From Deltaproteobacteria bacterium (GTDB lineage: Bacteria > Myxococcota > Kuafuiibacteriia > Kuafuiibacteriales > Kuafuiibacteriaceae), in NCBI GenBank assembly GCA_040218735.1, contig JAVJQW010000027.1:7518-71517 (forward strand): a DNA stretch of 64,000 nt, written 5' to 3'. A program made the position numbers and the translations under genes. The notes under the pieces are model-generated. The model saw only the letters and a list, made by a program, of their open reading frames with translations. It searched no databases and was not told where the DNA came from. Of the stretch, positions 34,938 to 44,061 are shown one piece after another. The stretch's first letter is position 1; every line of letters starts with the position of its first letter.

Positions 34938-37913
34938 GTGACGGCGCCCAAGCCGCCAGACAAGATCGAAGACTATCGCCTCGAGGCCCGGATCGGTCAG
35001 GGGGCGATGGGCCACGTGTTCCGCGCGCGCGACGAGGCGCTCCAGCGCGACGTCGCGGTGAAGTTCATGAGCGACGAGCTCGCCGCGCAACCCTCCGCGC
35101 GCGAGCGCTTCCGCACCGAAGCGCGCGCCGCCGCGCGGATCCAGCACCCGTCCGTCGCGCAGGTCTACAAGGTCGGCGAACACGACGGCGTCCCGTTCAT
35201 GGTCTCGGAGTTCGTCCGGGGCCGCTCGCTCGACACGTTCGAAGGCGGGCTCCCGTGGCGCGAAGCGGCGCGCTACGGCGCCGACCTCGCGCGAGGCCTC
35301 GCGGCGGCACACGCGTGCGGTGTTCTGCACCGCGACATCAAACCGTCCAACGCGATCGCCACCGACGACGGCGTGAAGCTGATCGACTTCGGCCTCGCGA
35401 AGCTCGCGCCGGAGGCGCCGCGCGAGGACTTGACGCTCGACCCCGACGCCCCGCCGAACCTCACGCGCTCCGGCGCGGTGATGGGCACGCCGTACTACAT
35501 GCCGCCGGAGGCGTGGCGCGGCGAGGCGGCGACCGTGCGCTCCGACGTCTACTCACTCGGCGCGCTCCTCTACGAGCTCGCTTCAGGATCGCCGCCGCAC
35601 GGTCGTATCCGCACCCGCGAGCTGCAGCAGATCGTTCAGGTCAACGAGCCGCGCCCGCTCGCGGAGCGCCTCGGTACGGCGGACGCGGAGGCGTTCGCGG
35701 CGGTCGTGGATCGATGCCTACGCATCGCGCCGGAGCAACGCATTCACACTGCGGCGGAGCTCGCGGAGCTCCTCGCTTCGGTGACGGCGCCCATCGAAGC
35801 CGACCCGCGCTCCGAGCGCGCCGCCGCCGAGCTGGACGCGGCGCGGGTGCTCGTCGTGCACGCCCACGAGGAGGCCGACGCCGTTGCCTTCGCACGCGAT
35901 GTGTTGCTGCCGTACGTCGCGCAGCAGACGGGGCGATCGCTGGTCCGCGTGCAGGCTCGGACCGCGGCGGACGTCGAGGCGGCGCTGACGATCAAACGAC
36001 GCGACGACGCGACGGTCGCCGACGCCCCGCTCTTCGAGGAGCCACCGCCCGAGGAGGACGAGGTCGAGCTTCGGCGTGACGTCGTCGTGTTGGTCGAAGG
36101 TGGTGCACACGCCGACGCGTCCTGGCGTTCCACGTTCGAACGCCTCACTCCGAACGCGTGGCTCGTGCTCCCGGTCGCCACATCGGCCGTGCCGCCGTTG
36201 AGCGGCGCCCTCGCGGCGGCCGTCTTCGGGCTCGACCCCGAGCGCAAGCGGTCACGTTGGCCCTGGCTCCTCGTGGCGGCGATGGGGATCGCGTCTGCCG
36301 CGGCGGTGTGGGTCGCGGACGCGCCCTCCGACGTGCGCATCGAAGACCTGGAGCGCGTCACGTTCGAAGACGGTTGCGAAGAGTTCCCGTCGCTGACGCC
36401 GGACGGGGAGCGACTCCTCCACGACGCGGAGCTCGACGGTCGCTACGCCCTGATCCTCCGGGACCTCGTGAGTGGGCGCGCCGAGCCGATCACCGGTTCG
36501 ACCGAAGGCTGGGAGTTCGCGCCCGCGGTGTCCCCGGACGGCGCGCGTTTCGCGTACATCCGACGCACCGACGGCGTGTCGCGCGCGTACGTCGCGACGT
36601 TCGAGGCGCCGACGAAGTCGCGTGAGATCGCGGTGGGGCGGTTGCGTCCCTCGTGGACGCCCGACGGTCGCGCGGTTTGGGCGGGGCCGGGGACGAAGCC
36701 ACAGCGTTTCGATCTCGCGACGTCCACGGTGACACGTACGCTCACGCCGCCGCCCGAGACGCAGCTGCTCCACCTCCGCGAGATCCCGGACGGCCGCATC
36801 GTCGCGATCCCGTTCGCGGAGGACATCAGCTCCGTCGGTCGTGGCTTGGTGATCTACGAGGGCGACACGCCGAAGTGGTTGTTCGAGCGCGACGTGCTCG
36901 AGGTGTTGGAGGTGCTCGAGGACCAGGCGCTCGTCGCGCACCGAACGCAGTCGGAGAAGGTGCAGCTGTGGCGTGTTCCATTCGATGGAACGGAGCCGAC
37001 GCCGCTCTCGGCGGGCGGCGTCGAGGCGCGCGCCGGGCTCGCGGTGCGCGGGGATCGGATCGTCTGGTCGAACTGCCGCATCGAGCAGAAGTTGACGGCG
37101 CTCGCCGACGAAGAGGGTGAGCAAGCCTTCGTTCCGCTGGTGAAGGGGGACTGGTCCGACTACGAACCGGCCGCGGTGCCCGGCACGGACCTGGTGCTCG
37201 CGTTGTCGTTGCGCTCCGGCAAGGTGCGCATCTGGGAGATCGATCTCTCGCGGAAACGTCCGGCGCGGATGCTCGAGACCGGAGCACCGGAGCCGGTGTC
37301 GGTCGCGGTGTCGCCCGACGGAACGCAGGTCGCCTTCGGTACGGAGTCCGACGGCATCTTCGTCATGCCGCGCGACGGGAGCGCCGCGCCGAAGCTCGCG
37401 GTGAAGGGCGCGCACAACTACTACCCGTCGTTCACCGCGGACGGCCGCGCGCTCGTCTACCAGTCGGAGAACAAGGACGGGTTGGACCGCATCGACGTCG
37501 TCCCGCTCGACGGCGGTCCCACCGAGCGCCTCCTCGACGCCAACGCCGCCGACCCGGCGGTGTCGGTGGACGGCAAGACGGTGGCCTTCGTCCTCGAGAC
37601 GGACCCGGACAACGAGCTGGGCCACGTCGTCCTCTTCGACCGCGCGACGAAGCAACACGAACGGCTGACGATGGAGCTGGACGCCGGCTGGTACCACAAC
37701 CTCCGCTTCTCCCCCGACGGCGAGCGCCTGCTGCTCCTGGAGAGCGGCACGAAGCTCTACGAGGTCGACTTGGCCTCGAAGAAGGTCGTGAACCGCCGCG
37801 ACGCGGGCGCGAACCAGTTCATGGGCGTCACCTACCGCGGCGACGACATCGTCCTGGGCTTCATGCAGTGGTCCGGAGACCTGTGGTCGGGTCGCCTCCG
37901 AGTCGGCCGCTGA
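34938..37913 (+). CDS. Ser/Thr protein kinase - linker domain - TM - periplasmic TolB-like (PD40) beta-propeller
   Basis: 'IGQGAMGHVF..VAVKFM', 'HRDIKPSNAI', 'DFGLAK', 'GTPYYMPPE'. TM helix 'WPWLLVAAMGIASAAAVWVA'. Repeated PD40 motifs (LTPDGERL, VSPDGARF, WTPDGRAV, VSPDGTQV, FTADGRAL, VSVDGKTV, FSPDGERL). The GTG start is chosen after the end of the upstream gene and is uncertain. Confidence 0.8.
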   Translation: MTAPKPPDKIEDYRLEARIGQGAMGHVFRARDEALQRDVAVKFMSDELAAQPSARERFRTEARAAARIQHPSVAQVYKVGEHDGVPFMVSEFVRGRSLDTFEGGLPWREAARYGADLARGLAAAHACGVLHRDIKPSNAIATDDGVKLIDFGLAKLAPEAPREDLTLDPDAPPNLTRSGAVMGTPYYMPPEAWRGEAATVRSDVYSLGALLYELASGSPPHGRIRTRELQQIVQVNEPRPLAERLGTADAEAFAAVVDRCLRIAPEQRIHTAAELAELLASVTAPIEADPRSERAAAELDAARVLVVHAHEEADAVAFARDVLLPYVAQQTGRSLVRVQARTAADVEAALTIKRRDDATVADAPLFEEPPPEEDEVELRRDVVVLVEGGAHADASWRSTFERLTPNAWLVLPVATSAVPPLSGALAAAVFGLDPERKRSRWPWLLVAAMGIASAAAVWVADAPSDVRIEDLERVTFEDGCEEFPSLTPDGERLLHDAELDGRYALILRDLVSGRAEPITGSTEGWEFAPAVSPDGARFAYIRRTDGVSRAYVATFEAPTKSREIAVGRLRPSWTPDGRAVWAGPGTKPQRFDLATSTVTRTLTPPPETQLLHLREIPDGRIVAIPFAEDISSVGRGLVIYEGDTPKWLFERDVLEVLEVLEDQALVAHRTQSEKVQLWRVPFDGTEPTPLSAGGVEARAGLAVRGDRIVWSNCRIEQKLTALADEEGEQAFVPLVKGDWSDYEPAAVPGTDLVLALSLRSGKVRIWEIDLSRKRPARMLETGAPEPVSVAVSPDGTQVAFGTESDGIFVMPRDGSAAPKLAVKGAHNYYPSFTADGRALVYQSENKDGLDRIDVVPLDGGPTERLLDANAADPAVSVDGKTVAFVLETDPDNELGHVVLFDRATKQHERLTMELDAGWYHNLRFSPDGERLLLLESGTKLYEVDLASKKVVNRRDAGANQFMGVTYRGDDIVLGFMQWSGDLWSGRLRVGR

Positions 37914-39412
37914 AATTCGCGGGTCAGATCCTCGGGGCTCGCGACGAAACCCCCTACGTGACTCGCTGTATCGAAGGCGTCCTGCCGCGTTATGCTCCTG
38001 AAGACGTGGGGTTCGAGACCGTCGAGGATGTCCGACTGACGGGCTGGGAGGCCTCGTCGACCGACAGCGCCGCCGACGAGGTCTGGGCGTTGGTGATCGC
38101 CTGGTCCGCCGAGGGCCTGGAGCGGTTGGGCGAGGTCGCGCTGTTCGGCGGCGCCGGGCCGTTTGTGCTCGGGCGTGGGCCGGAGGGCGACGGAGTGCGC
38201 GTGACGTTCGTCCGCCAGCGCCCGGGTGAGCAGCCCGCCGCGTCGCCGATCGAGGCGAAGGGGATCTCGCGCGACCAGGTTCGGTTCACGCCCGACGACG
38301 GACTCGTCGCGACGAACGTCGGTCGCTGCAAGATGTTCGTGAACGGCGAGCCGCAGGACGAGGCGACGCTCGGCGAGGGCGACACCCTCCTCCTCCACAA
38401 CCAGCTCCTGCTCGTGTGTGAGCGTCGGCCCGCGCGCCTCGCGCCGCTGCGCTCGTTGCCGAGTGACGCGGTCCCCGCGTTCGGCGCCGCGGATCGCTTC
38501 GGGATCGTGGGGGAGTCGTCGGTGATCTGGGGCCTGCGCGAGCGCGCGGCGACCGTCGCGAACACACCCGAGCACGTGCTCGTGCTCGGCGACAGCGGCG
38601 CCGGCAAGGAGCTCGCGGCACGCCTCATCCACGCGCTCTCGCGCGAAGGGCCGTTCACCGCCCGCAACGCCGCGACGATCCCCGACGCGTTGGTCGACGC
38701 CGAGCTGTTCGGCAACGCGAAGAACTATCCGAACCCCGGCATGGCGGAGCGCGCGGGGCTCGTGGGCGAAGCCGACGGCGGCACGTTGATGCTCGACGAA
38801 GTCGCGGAGCTCCCGGAGCGCTCGCAAGCTAGCTTGCTCCGCGTGCTCGACGGCGGCGGTGAGTATCATCGGCTCGGCGACTCGTCGCAGCGGCGCTCCT
38901 CGTTCCGCTTCGTCGGGGCGACGAACCGCTCGAAGGAAGAGCTCAAACACGACCTCCTCGCGCGCCTGACTTCGCGCATCCTCGTCCCCGGCCTGACGGA
39001 CCGCCGCGCGGACATCCCGCTCATCGCGCGGCACCTGCTTGCGGCGCGCTGTCGCGAGACACCCGCCTACGCCGAGCGGTTCGGCGGTGAGCAGCTCCGC
39101 GTGGCGCCGCAGCTGATGGAGCGGCTCGTTCGCCACCCGTATACACACCACGTTCGCGAGCTGTCGCGGCTGGTCTCGACCGCGCTCGCGACGAGCCCCG
39201 GCAACTTCGTCGCGCTCACCGAAGAGGTCGAAGCCGAGCTCGGTGCGCCGCCGACGCCCGTGACGCGGGACGTCGAACCCTCGGCCGAGGACATCCAGTC
39301 GGCTCTCGACGTCGCGAAGGGGAGCCGCGCCAAGGCGGCGAAAGCACTGGGGCTCTCGAGCCGCTTCGTCCTCTACCGGCTCATGAAGCGCCACGGCCTC
39401 GACGCCGACTGA
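37868..39412 (+). CDS. FHA domain + bEBP-type AAA+ + Fis-type HTH regulator lacking the GAFTGA loop
   Basis: FHA-like 'ISRDQVRFTPDDGLVATNVGRCKMFVNGEP'. Walker A 'GDSGAGKELAA'. Walker B 'GGTLMLDEV'. 'ELFGNAKNYPNPGMAERAG' sits where ELFGHxxGAFTGA is expected. HTH 'AAKALGLSSRFVLYRLMKRHG'. The start overlaps the kinase 3' end by 46 nt and is uncertain. Confidence 0.8.
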   Translation: MVRRPVVGSPPSRPLKFAGQILGARDETPYVTRCIEGVLPRYAPEDVGFETVEDVRLTGWEASSTDSAADEVWALVIAWSAEGLERLGEVALFGGAGPFVLGRGPEGDGVRVTFVRQRPGEQPAASPIEAKGISRDQVRFTPDDGLVATNVGRCKMFVNGEPQDEATLGEGDTLLLHNQLLLVCERRPARLAPLRSLPSDAVPAFGAADRFGIVGESSVIWGLRERAATVANTPEHVLVLGDSGAGKELAARLIHALSREGPFTARNAATIPDALVDAELFGNAKNYPNPGMAERAGLVGEADGGTLMLDEVAELPERSQASLLRVLDGGGEYHRLGDSSQRRSSFRFVGATNRSKEELKHDLLARLTSRILVPGLTDRRADIPLIARHLLAARCRETPAYAERFGGEQLRVAPQLMERLVRHPYTHHVRELSRLVSTALATSPGNFVALTEEVEAELGAPPTPVTRDVEPSAEDIQSALDVAKGSRAKAAKALGLSSRFVLYRLMKRHGLDAD

Positions 39413-39426
39413 AGACCAGACGGAGC

Positions 39427-39450
39427 GTGCGCGCACGTGCGCGCACGTGC
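39427..39450. repeat. Tandem self-complementary decamer (GTGCGCGCAC x2.4)
   Basis: GTGCGCGCAC GTGCGCGCAC GTGC read directly. Each unit is a perfect palindrome. It begins 15 nt after the stop at 39412. Confidence 0.7.
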
Positions 39451-39492
39451 GGGGCCGGGCGATCGCACGCCCGCGGGGCCCCAACACTTTTT
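39451..39492 (+). terminator. Candidate intrinsic terminator
   Basis: GGGGCCGGGCG-atcgca-CGCCCG(cggg)GCCCC stem of 6+5 bp with a bulge, followed by AACAC-TTTTT (39488-39492). It is downstream of the FHA-AAA+ gene. Confidence 0.45.
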
Positions 39493-39529
39493 CTGCGCAG
39501 ATGGTCTGCACCTTGAAAGGGGGAGGGGG

Positions 39530-41926
39530 ATGGCATCGGGGGAGCGCGCGCCGAAGACCTTGTGGGCCTGTCTGGACCTCGCGGACCACTGCCTCGGTGC
39601 AGAGGGCGTGCAGACCCTCGACGTGGCGGCCGCGCTCGTCGATCGCGCGACGTGTGCGCTCGAGGTCGCGCCGTCCTCCGAGGCGACGGAGGTGTTGGCC
39701 GTCGCGATCATCGAGCGCTCGGCGCGGCTCGTCGAGGCGTACGCGGGGTATCGGATCGCCGAGTCGCTAAGGCACCTCGAAGCCGCGAAGCGCGCGCTGG
39801 CCGACGCGCTGTTCAAGAACACGAAGCTGCGACGTCGCATGGAGGCGGTCCTCGGGACCGCGGCGATGAACGCGCTCATCACCTACGACTCGCGCCTCGA
39901 CGCGATCGTTCAGTCCGAGGGTTATCTGGTCGGGGTAGGGGACGAGCTGCTCGGTACGGCGCGTGCGTTCCTGTTCGGCAGCACGGCGGGCGGAGCGCGG
40001 GCCGCCGCCGCGCGCCAGAGGCTCGCCGAGCTCGAGGCCGCGCTCGATCGCGTGGACGACGTGTGGAACGTGGCCGAGCGCCAGATCGAGAACGGCTATC
40101 GCGAGCTCACCGCGCCGCTCGAAGACGGCGACCGTGACGGCTGCGCCGAGGTCACCGCGCAGCTGATCGTCGGCTCGGAGCAGCTCGCGGTCGGCTGGGA
40201 GATCGCCGTCGCGGAGCGTCGCGAGCTGACGCTCCTGCACGGGCTCCGCGTGTTGGCCAACGAGCGATCGTCCGACCCTGCGATCTACGCGGCGGACGGG
40301 ACGGTGCGCGGGTTCGTCGGCGGCGGCGAGGAGTGGGCGGCGTTCGTCGAGTGTGTCGCGACCCGCGAGCTCCCCGTCGCGCGGTTGTTGACGCAGAGCC
40401 TCGTCGAGACGCGCGCGGCGCCGTCGGATTTACCGGCCGCCGTGATCACCGAGCGGATGCGCGACGCGGTGTGTCCGCCGACGCGTGACCTGCTTCCGAA
40501 GCTCTCGGTGGTGGTGCTGGTCGCGCTGGTGCAGTCGACGACGACGGCGTGCCTGATGACCCCGAGCAACGGCGAGTCGGTCGCGAGCACGACGGCGCCG
40601 ATCGAGCTCACCGGTTACGCACAGGCGGCAAACGCGACGGTGCAGATCGCCGCGGCGCCGTCGGCCGCGGGCCCCTTCACTACCATCGCGACGACGCAGG
40701 CGTCGGCGTCCCCGTCCGAGTTCTGGGGCGGAGCGCAGCTGTACGCGTTCGACGTCACCGCGGTCGTTCCGGCGTCGTCTTGGTCGCCGGGGTGCCTGGA
40801 GGACGAGGCGTTCGTCCGCGCCTACGGGAACAGCATCGCGCTGCCGACGTACGACCACCCGTCGGTCGCCGCGGAGCACCCGGGCGTCTGTTTCCTCCGC
40901 GAGGAGGCCGCGGGGACGAGCTTCTACGACGCGCTGTTCATCTGCGCGTCGCCGGACAGCCCCGTCGCGCGCATCACCGCACCCGCGGACTACAGCACGA
41001 CGCACGTGGGCGACGTGACGATCGACGACGCGGCGGACGTCGCGGCGTTCTCTTGCGTGGGGACGATCGACGGCGACCTGGAGATCACCGGCCCGTTCGC
41101 ACTCGACGTCTCGCTGCCCGCGCTCCAGGTCGTGACCGGGGACGTACACATCGACTACCCGCGTGACGGCGCGGGCGTCGGCCGCACGGTGCAGCTCCCT
41201 CGCTTCGCGACGATCGGTGGCGACCTGTTGATCACGACGTCCGGCGGTACACCCGCGGAGCTGGACTTCGGGCTCGAAGCGCTCGTGAACCTGGGGCGCA
41301 ACCTCACGCTGCAGCTCCAGGTCGGCGGCATCGAGTCGTGGGATGGGCTCGACGCGCTCGTCCACGTCCCGGGTGACTTCGCCATCGACCAGAGCAGCGG
41401 TGACATTCGCGTCGGCGCGCTGACTTCGCTCGAGGTCGTGGACGGCGACGTCACCCTCGACATGGCGGGGACGGTGCCGGGTGACTATCTGCCGTCACTT
41501 CGGATCGTGGGGGGTGACTTCGTCGTGCCGTTTGCGCGGTTCACGGGGACGATATTTCCGGCGCTCGAGATGGTCGGCGGTGACTTCACCCTGAGTAGAT
41601 GGGTTCAGACTTTTCAGTTGGGTCCCATGGGTAACACGCAGGCCTTCGCTGCACTCGACTACGTGGGTGGGGCGCTGACGCTCCTGCACGGGGCGCAGTA
41701 CGCCCTCTTGGATCTCGGGGCCCCGACCCTCGACGTCGGTGCGTTCATGCTGACGAGTCCGACCGTCGCTACGCTCGGAACGACCTCGATCGCGGTGCGC
41801 GGCGCCGGCGCGATCGTCATCGTCGACAACCCGAACCTGTGTACGTCCGAGGCCGAGGGGTTCGTCGCCGGGCAGTCGCTGCGTTGGTTCGGCACGGCGA
41901 CGATCGCTGGCAACGATCGCTGCTGA
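39530..41926 (+). CDS. Single-pass membrane protein: N-terminal helical cytoplasmic domain, TM, Receptor-L-domain-like beta-helix ectodomain
   Basis: ATG preceded by GGGAGGGGG. High third-position GC across the whole ORF. One hydrophobic segment 'LLPKLSVVVLVALVQ'. The C-terminal ~330 aa show recurring 'L..L..V.GD(L/F).I' units (IDGDLEIT, VTGDVHID, IGGDLLIT, VPGDFAID, VDGDVTLD, VGGDFVV, VGGDFTLS, VGGALTLL) ending 'IVIVDNPNLCTSEAEGF', as in EGFR/insulin-receptor L domains. Confidence 0.65.
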   Translation: MASGERAPKTLWACLDLADHCLGAEGVQTLDVAAALVDRATCALEVAPSSEATEVLAVAIIERSARLVEAYAGYRIAESLRHLEAAKRALADALFKNTKLRRRMEAVLGTAAMNALITYDSRLDAIVQSEGYLVGVGDELLGTARAFLFGSTAGGARAAAARQRLAELEAALDRVDDVWNVAERQIENGYRELTAPLEDGDRDGCAEVTAQLIVGSEQLAVGWEIAVAERRELTLLHGLRVLANERSSDPAIYAADGTVRGFVGGGEEWAAFVECVATRELPVARLLTQSLVETRAAPSDLPAAVITERMRDAVCPPTRDLLPKLSVVVLVALVQSTTTACLMTPSNGESVASTTAPIELTGYAQAANATVQIAAAPSAAGPFTTIATTQASASPSEFWGGAQLYAFDVTAVVPASSWSPGCLEDEAFVRAYGNSIALPTYDHPSVAAEHPGVCFLREEAAGTSFYDALFICASPDSPVARITAPADYSTTHVGDVTIDDAADVAAFSCVGTIDGDLEITGPFALDVSLPALQVVTGDVHIDYPRDGAGVGRTVQLPRFATIGGDLLITTSGGTPAELDFGLEALVNLGRNLTLQLQVGGIESWDGLDALVHVPGDFAIDQSSGDIRVGALTSLEVVDGDVTLDMAGTVPGDYLPSLRIVGGDFVVPFARFTGTIFPALEMVGGDFTLSRWVQTFQLGPMGNTQAFAALDYVGGALTLLHGAQYALLDLGAPTLDVGAFMLTSPTVATLGTTSIAVRGAGAIVIVDNPNLCTSEAEGFVAGQSLRWFGTATIAGNDRC

Positions 41927-42032
41927 GTCCCGACGCGTCTCAGCTCGCGTTCGTCCGTCGACGCCAATGGTCCGGCGAAGTCCGATCCGAATTCGGCGGT
42001 GAAGATCGCCGCGCCGGGGCACTGCCTCGGGC

Positions 42033-42701
42033 ATGAAACGAACACCGTACTGGATCGCGGTCTCCTTCCTCGTTGCCTGCACGCAGGTCGACGACGCTGC
42101 GGGCCCACCGATCATCGACCAAGACAACGCGGAGCTGGACTGCCAGATCCCCAGTGACGAACCCGGACTCCTCAACGACGGCCGAGCCGAGTGGGCGGGC
42201 GCTGGAGAGGAGGTGCTGTCGGCCGACGGAACGAGCGCGCTCGCGACGGTGGTGCTGCAGGGGCCCAGTCATCGCGTGGCCGAGCTCGTCGTCGAAGCGC
42301 GCGCACGAATCGGCAACCGCCATGTGGAGCTCTTGAACGCGCGGCGACGGCTGGAGCCCGCTGAGGTGGCGCGGGTCGCGATCGATCTGCGACCCGCGCT
42401 CGCCCTCGACTCGGCGCAGCTCGACCATGTCACGCACGTCGTCGTGTCCGTCGCAGCGCTGGACGAGACGGGTCGTGTCCTCGAGCGCACGTCACTCCCC
42501 GGTCGGTATCTCGCCGTTCAGAAGGAGGGCACCGCCCGGGTGTTCTGCAACGAGACCTTCGTTCAACGCTACGCGGACGGCTTGACCAACGCCGACGCGC
42601 GGCAGCGGTACCACACCGCCCGCGCCGCGCTCCCGCCCGACGACTCGATCTCTCTCGGCGTCGGTCCTGGCCTCTACAAATTCACCCCGTCCGCAGAATA
42701 G
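42033..42701 (+). CDS. Hypothetical lipoprotein
   Basis: 'MKRTPYWIAVSFLVACTQ' lipobox. Codon bias is good. Confidence 0.55.
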   Translation: MKRTPYWIAVSFLVACTQVDDAAGPPIIDQDNAELDCQIPSDEPGLLNDGRAEWAGAGEEVLSADGTSALATVVLQGPSHRVAELVVEARARIGNRHVELLNARRRLEPAEVARVAIDLRPALALDSAQLDHVTHVVVSVAALDETGRVLERTSLPGRYLAVQKEGTARVFCNETFVQRYADGLTNADARQRYHTARAALPPDDSISLGVGPGLYKFTPSAE

Positions 42702-42711
42702 GAGACGAACA

Positions 42712-43878
42712 ATGCGATTCCCTTCAACGATGTTGCTTCTCGCGGCGATGTTCGCCGCCCCCGCGACCGCCTCCGCCTACTCCGCGACCATCTGCTTCGA
42801 GTACGAAGTGGACTTCGCCGACCGACTGGGTGGCGATTGGTGGAGAAGCACTGCGGACAAGACGGCCCGGGGTGTCCGGGTTCAGGTCATCACCCAAAGC
42901 GGTGTCGTCGTGTTCAACGACTACGCGAGCGCGTCGACGGGCTGCACGCCGACCCTCTCGATGGGCGCGACGCCGCACCTGATCCGCGCGTTCACGATCG
43001 CCAAGACACAGCACAACAACCTCGTGATGGTCTTGGACGACGATGAGAGCCACGTGTCCTACTCGTTCACGGTCGCATCGGCGTTCACGCCGTACGCGTC
43101 GGGGACCTACACGTTCCCGATCGACAACCCGAGCAGTGGAGCGGCGGAGGACGTGGTGAACGTCGCTGCCGCGGCCGGTTACGCAGTCAACAAACGCAAC
43201 GGCGGACACCACAACCAGACCTTCTCCCTCTACAACCAGATCTGCCCCAGCGGCACCGGTAGCTGCATGAGGCAAGGCGGCGCGAAGATGTACCTCTCCC
43301 CGTACGGGAAACGTCGGAAGTTCATCATCGCGCACGAAGTCGGTCACGCGGTCGGTGCGAAGCGCGACGAGTTCACGTCGCCCGCGGTCAGCGCCTCTTC
43401 CGCGGCGAGCGCGTGCGACGAATGGACCGATACGTCCCACGATCTCGTGAGCAAGGAGTGGCAGTCGACCGGGTTCATCGAAGGCTACGCACACTTCTAC
43501 GCGGCGACGGTCTTCAACGACCCGGCGGAGTACGACTGTGAGTTCTTCTATTACAAGTCGATCGACTTCGATAAAAACGGCTTCGGCGAGAGTCCGCGGG
43601 TCCGAGACTGTGAGGTTGGCGGTGACTACCTCGGGACGTACTGCGACGCACCGCTCACGAATCGGTCGACCGAGTACGACTGGCTGCGGTTCCTCTGGGA
43701 CCTGCACACCAACGAAGGCGAGACGTTCACCAACATCACCGACATCCTGGACCGCGCGAATCCGCGGAACTGGACGGAGGCCACCGTCTACGATCGGCTC
43801 CGTGACGCCGCGATCGTCGAAGGGGTCTCTGCTTCGGCGTGGGACGACATCGCGGCGTACAACGGCGTCACGCGCTGA
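42712..43878 (+). CDS. Secreted HExxH protein (putative zinc metalloprotease)
   Basis: Signal 'MLLLAAMFAAPATASA'. 'KFIIAHEVGHAVG' HExxH motif. Otherwise unrecognised. Confidence 0.6.
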   Translation: MRFPSTMLLLAAMFAAPATASAYSATICFEYEVDFADRLGGDWWRSTADKTARGVRVQVITQSGVVVFNDYASASTGCTPTLSMGATPHLIRAFTIAKTQHNNLVMVLDDDESHVSYSFTVASAFTPYASGTYTFPIDNPSSGAAEDVVNVAAAAGYAVNKRNGGHHNQTFSLYNQICPSGTGSCMRQGGAKMYLSPYGKRRKFIIAHEVGHAVGAKRDEFTSPAVSASSAASACDEWTDTSHDLVSKEWQSTGFIEGYAHFYAATVFNDPAEYDCEFFYYKSIDFDKNGFGESPRVRDCEVGGDYLGTYCDAPLTNRSTEYDWLRFLWDLHTNEGETFTNITDILDRANPRNWTEATVYDRLRDAAIVEGVSASAWDDIAAYNGVTR

Positions 43879-44061
43879 GCCGCGTCGAAGATGCGAGCTC
43901 GACGTGCGTTCGACCTGCGCGGGCTGCGAGGAGCAACCCGTAGGGACGAACGCCAGTAGAACCCGCCCACGTTCGTTTGCGCACTCCCGCCGTACTCGTG
44001 CGACTCGCCACGTCGCCTCCCGTTGACTGACCCGCCGCGAGGCGCCATGGTCCGCGCGAAA

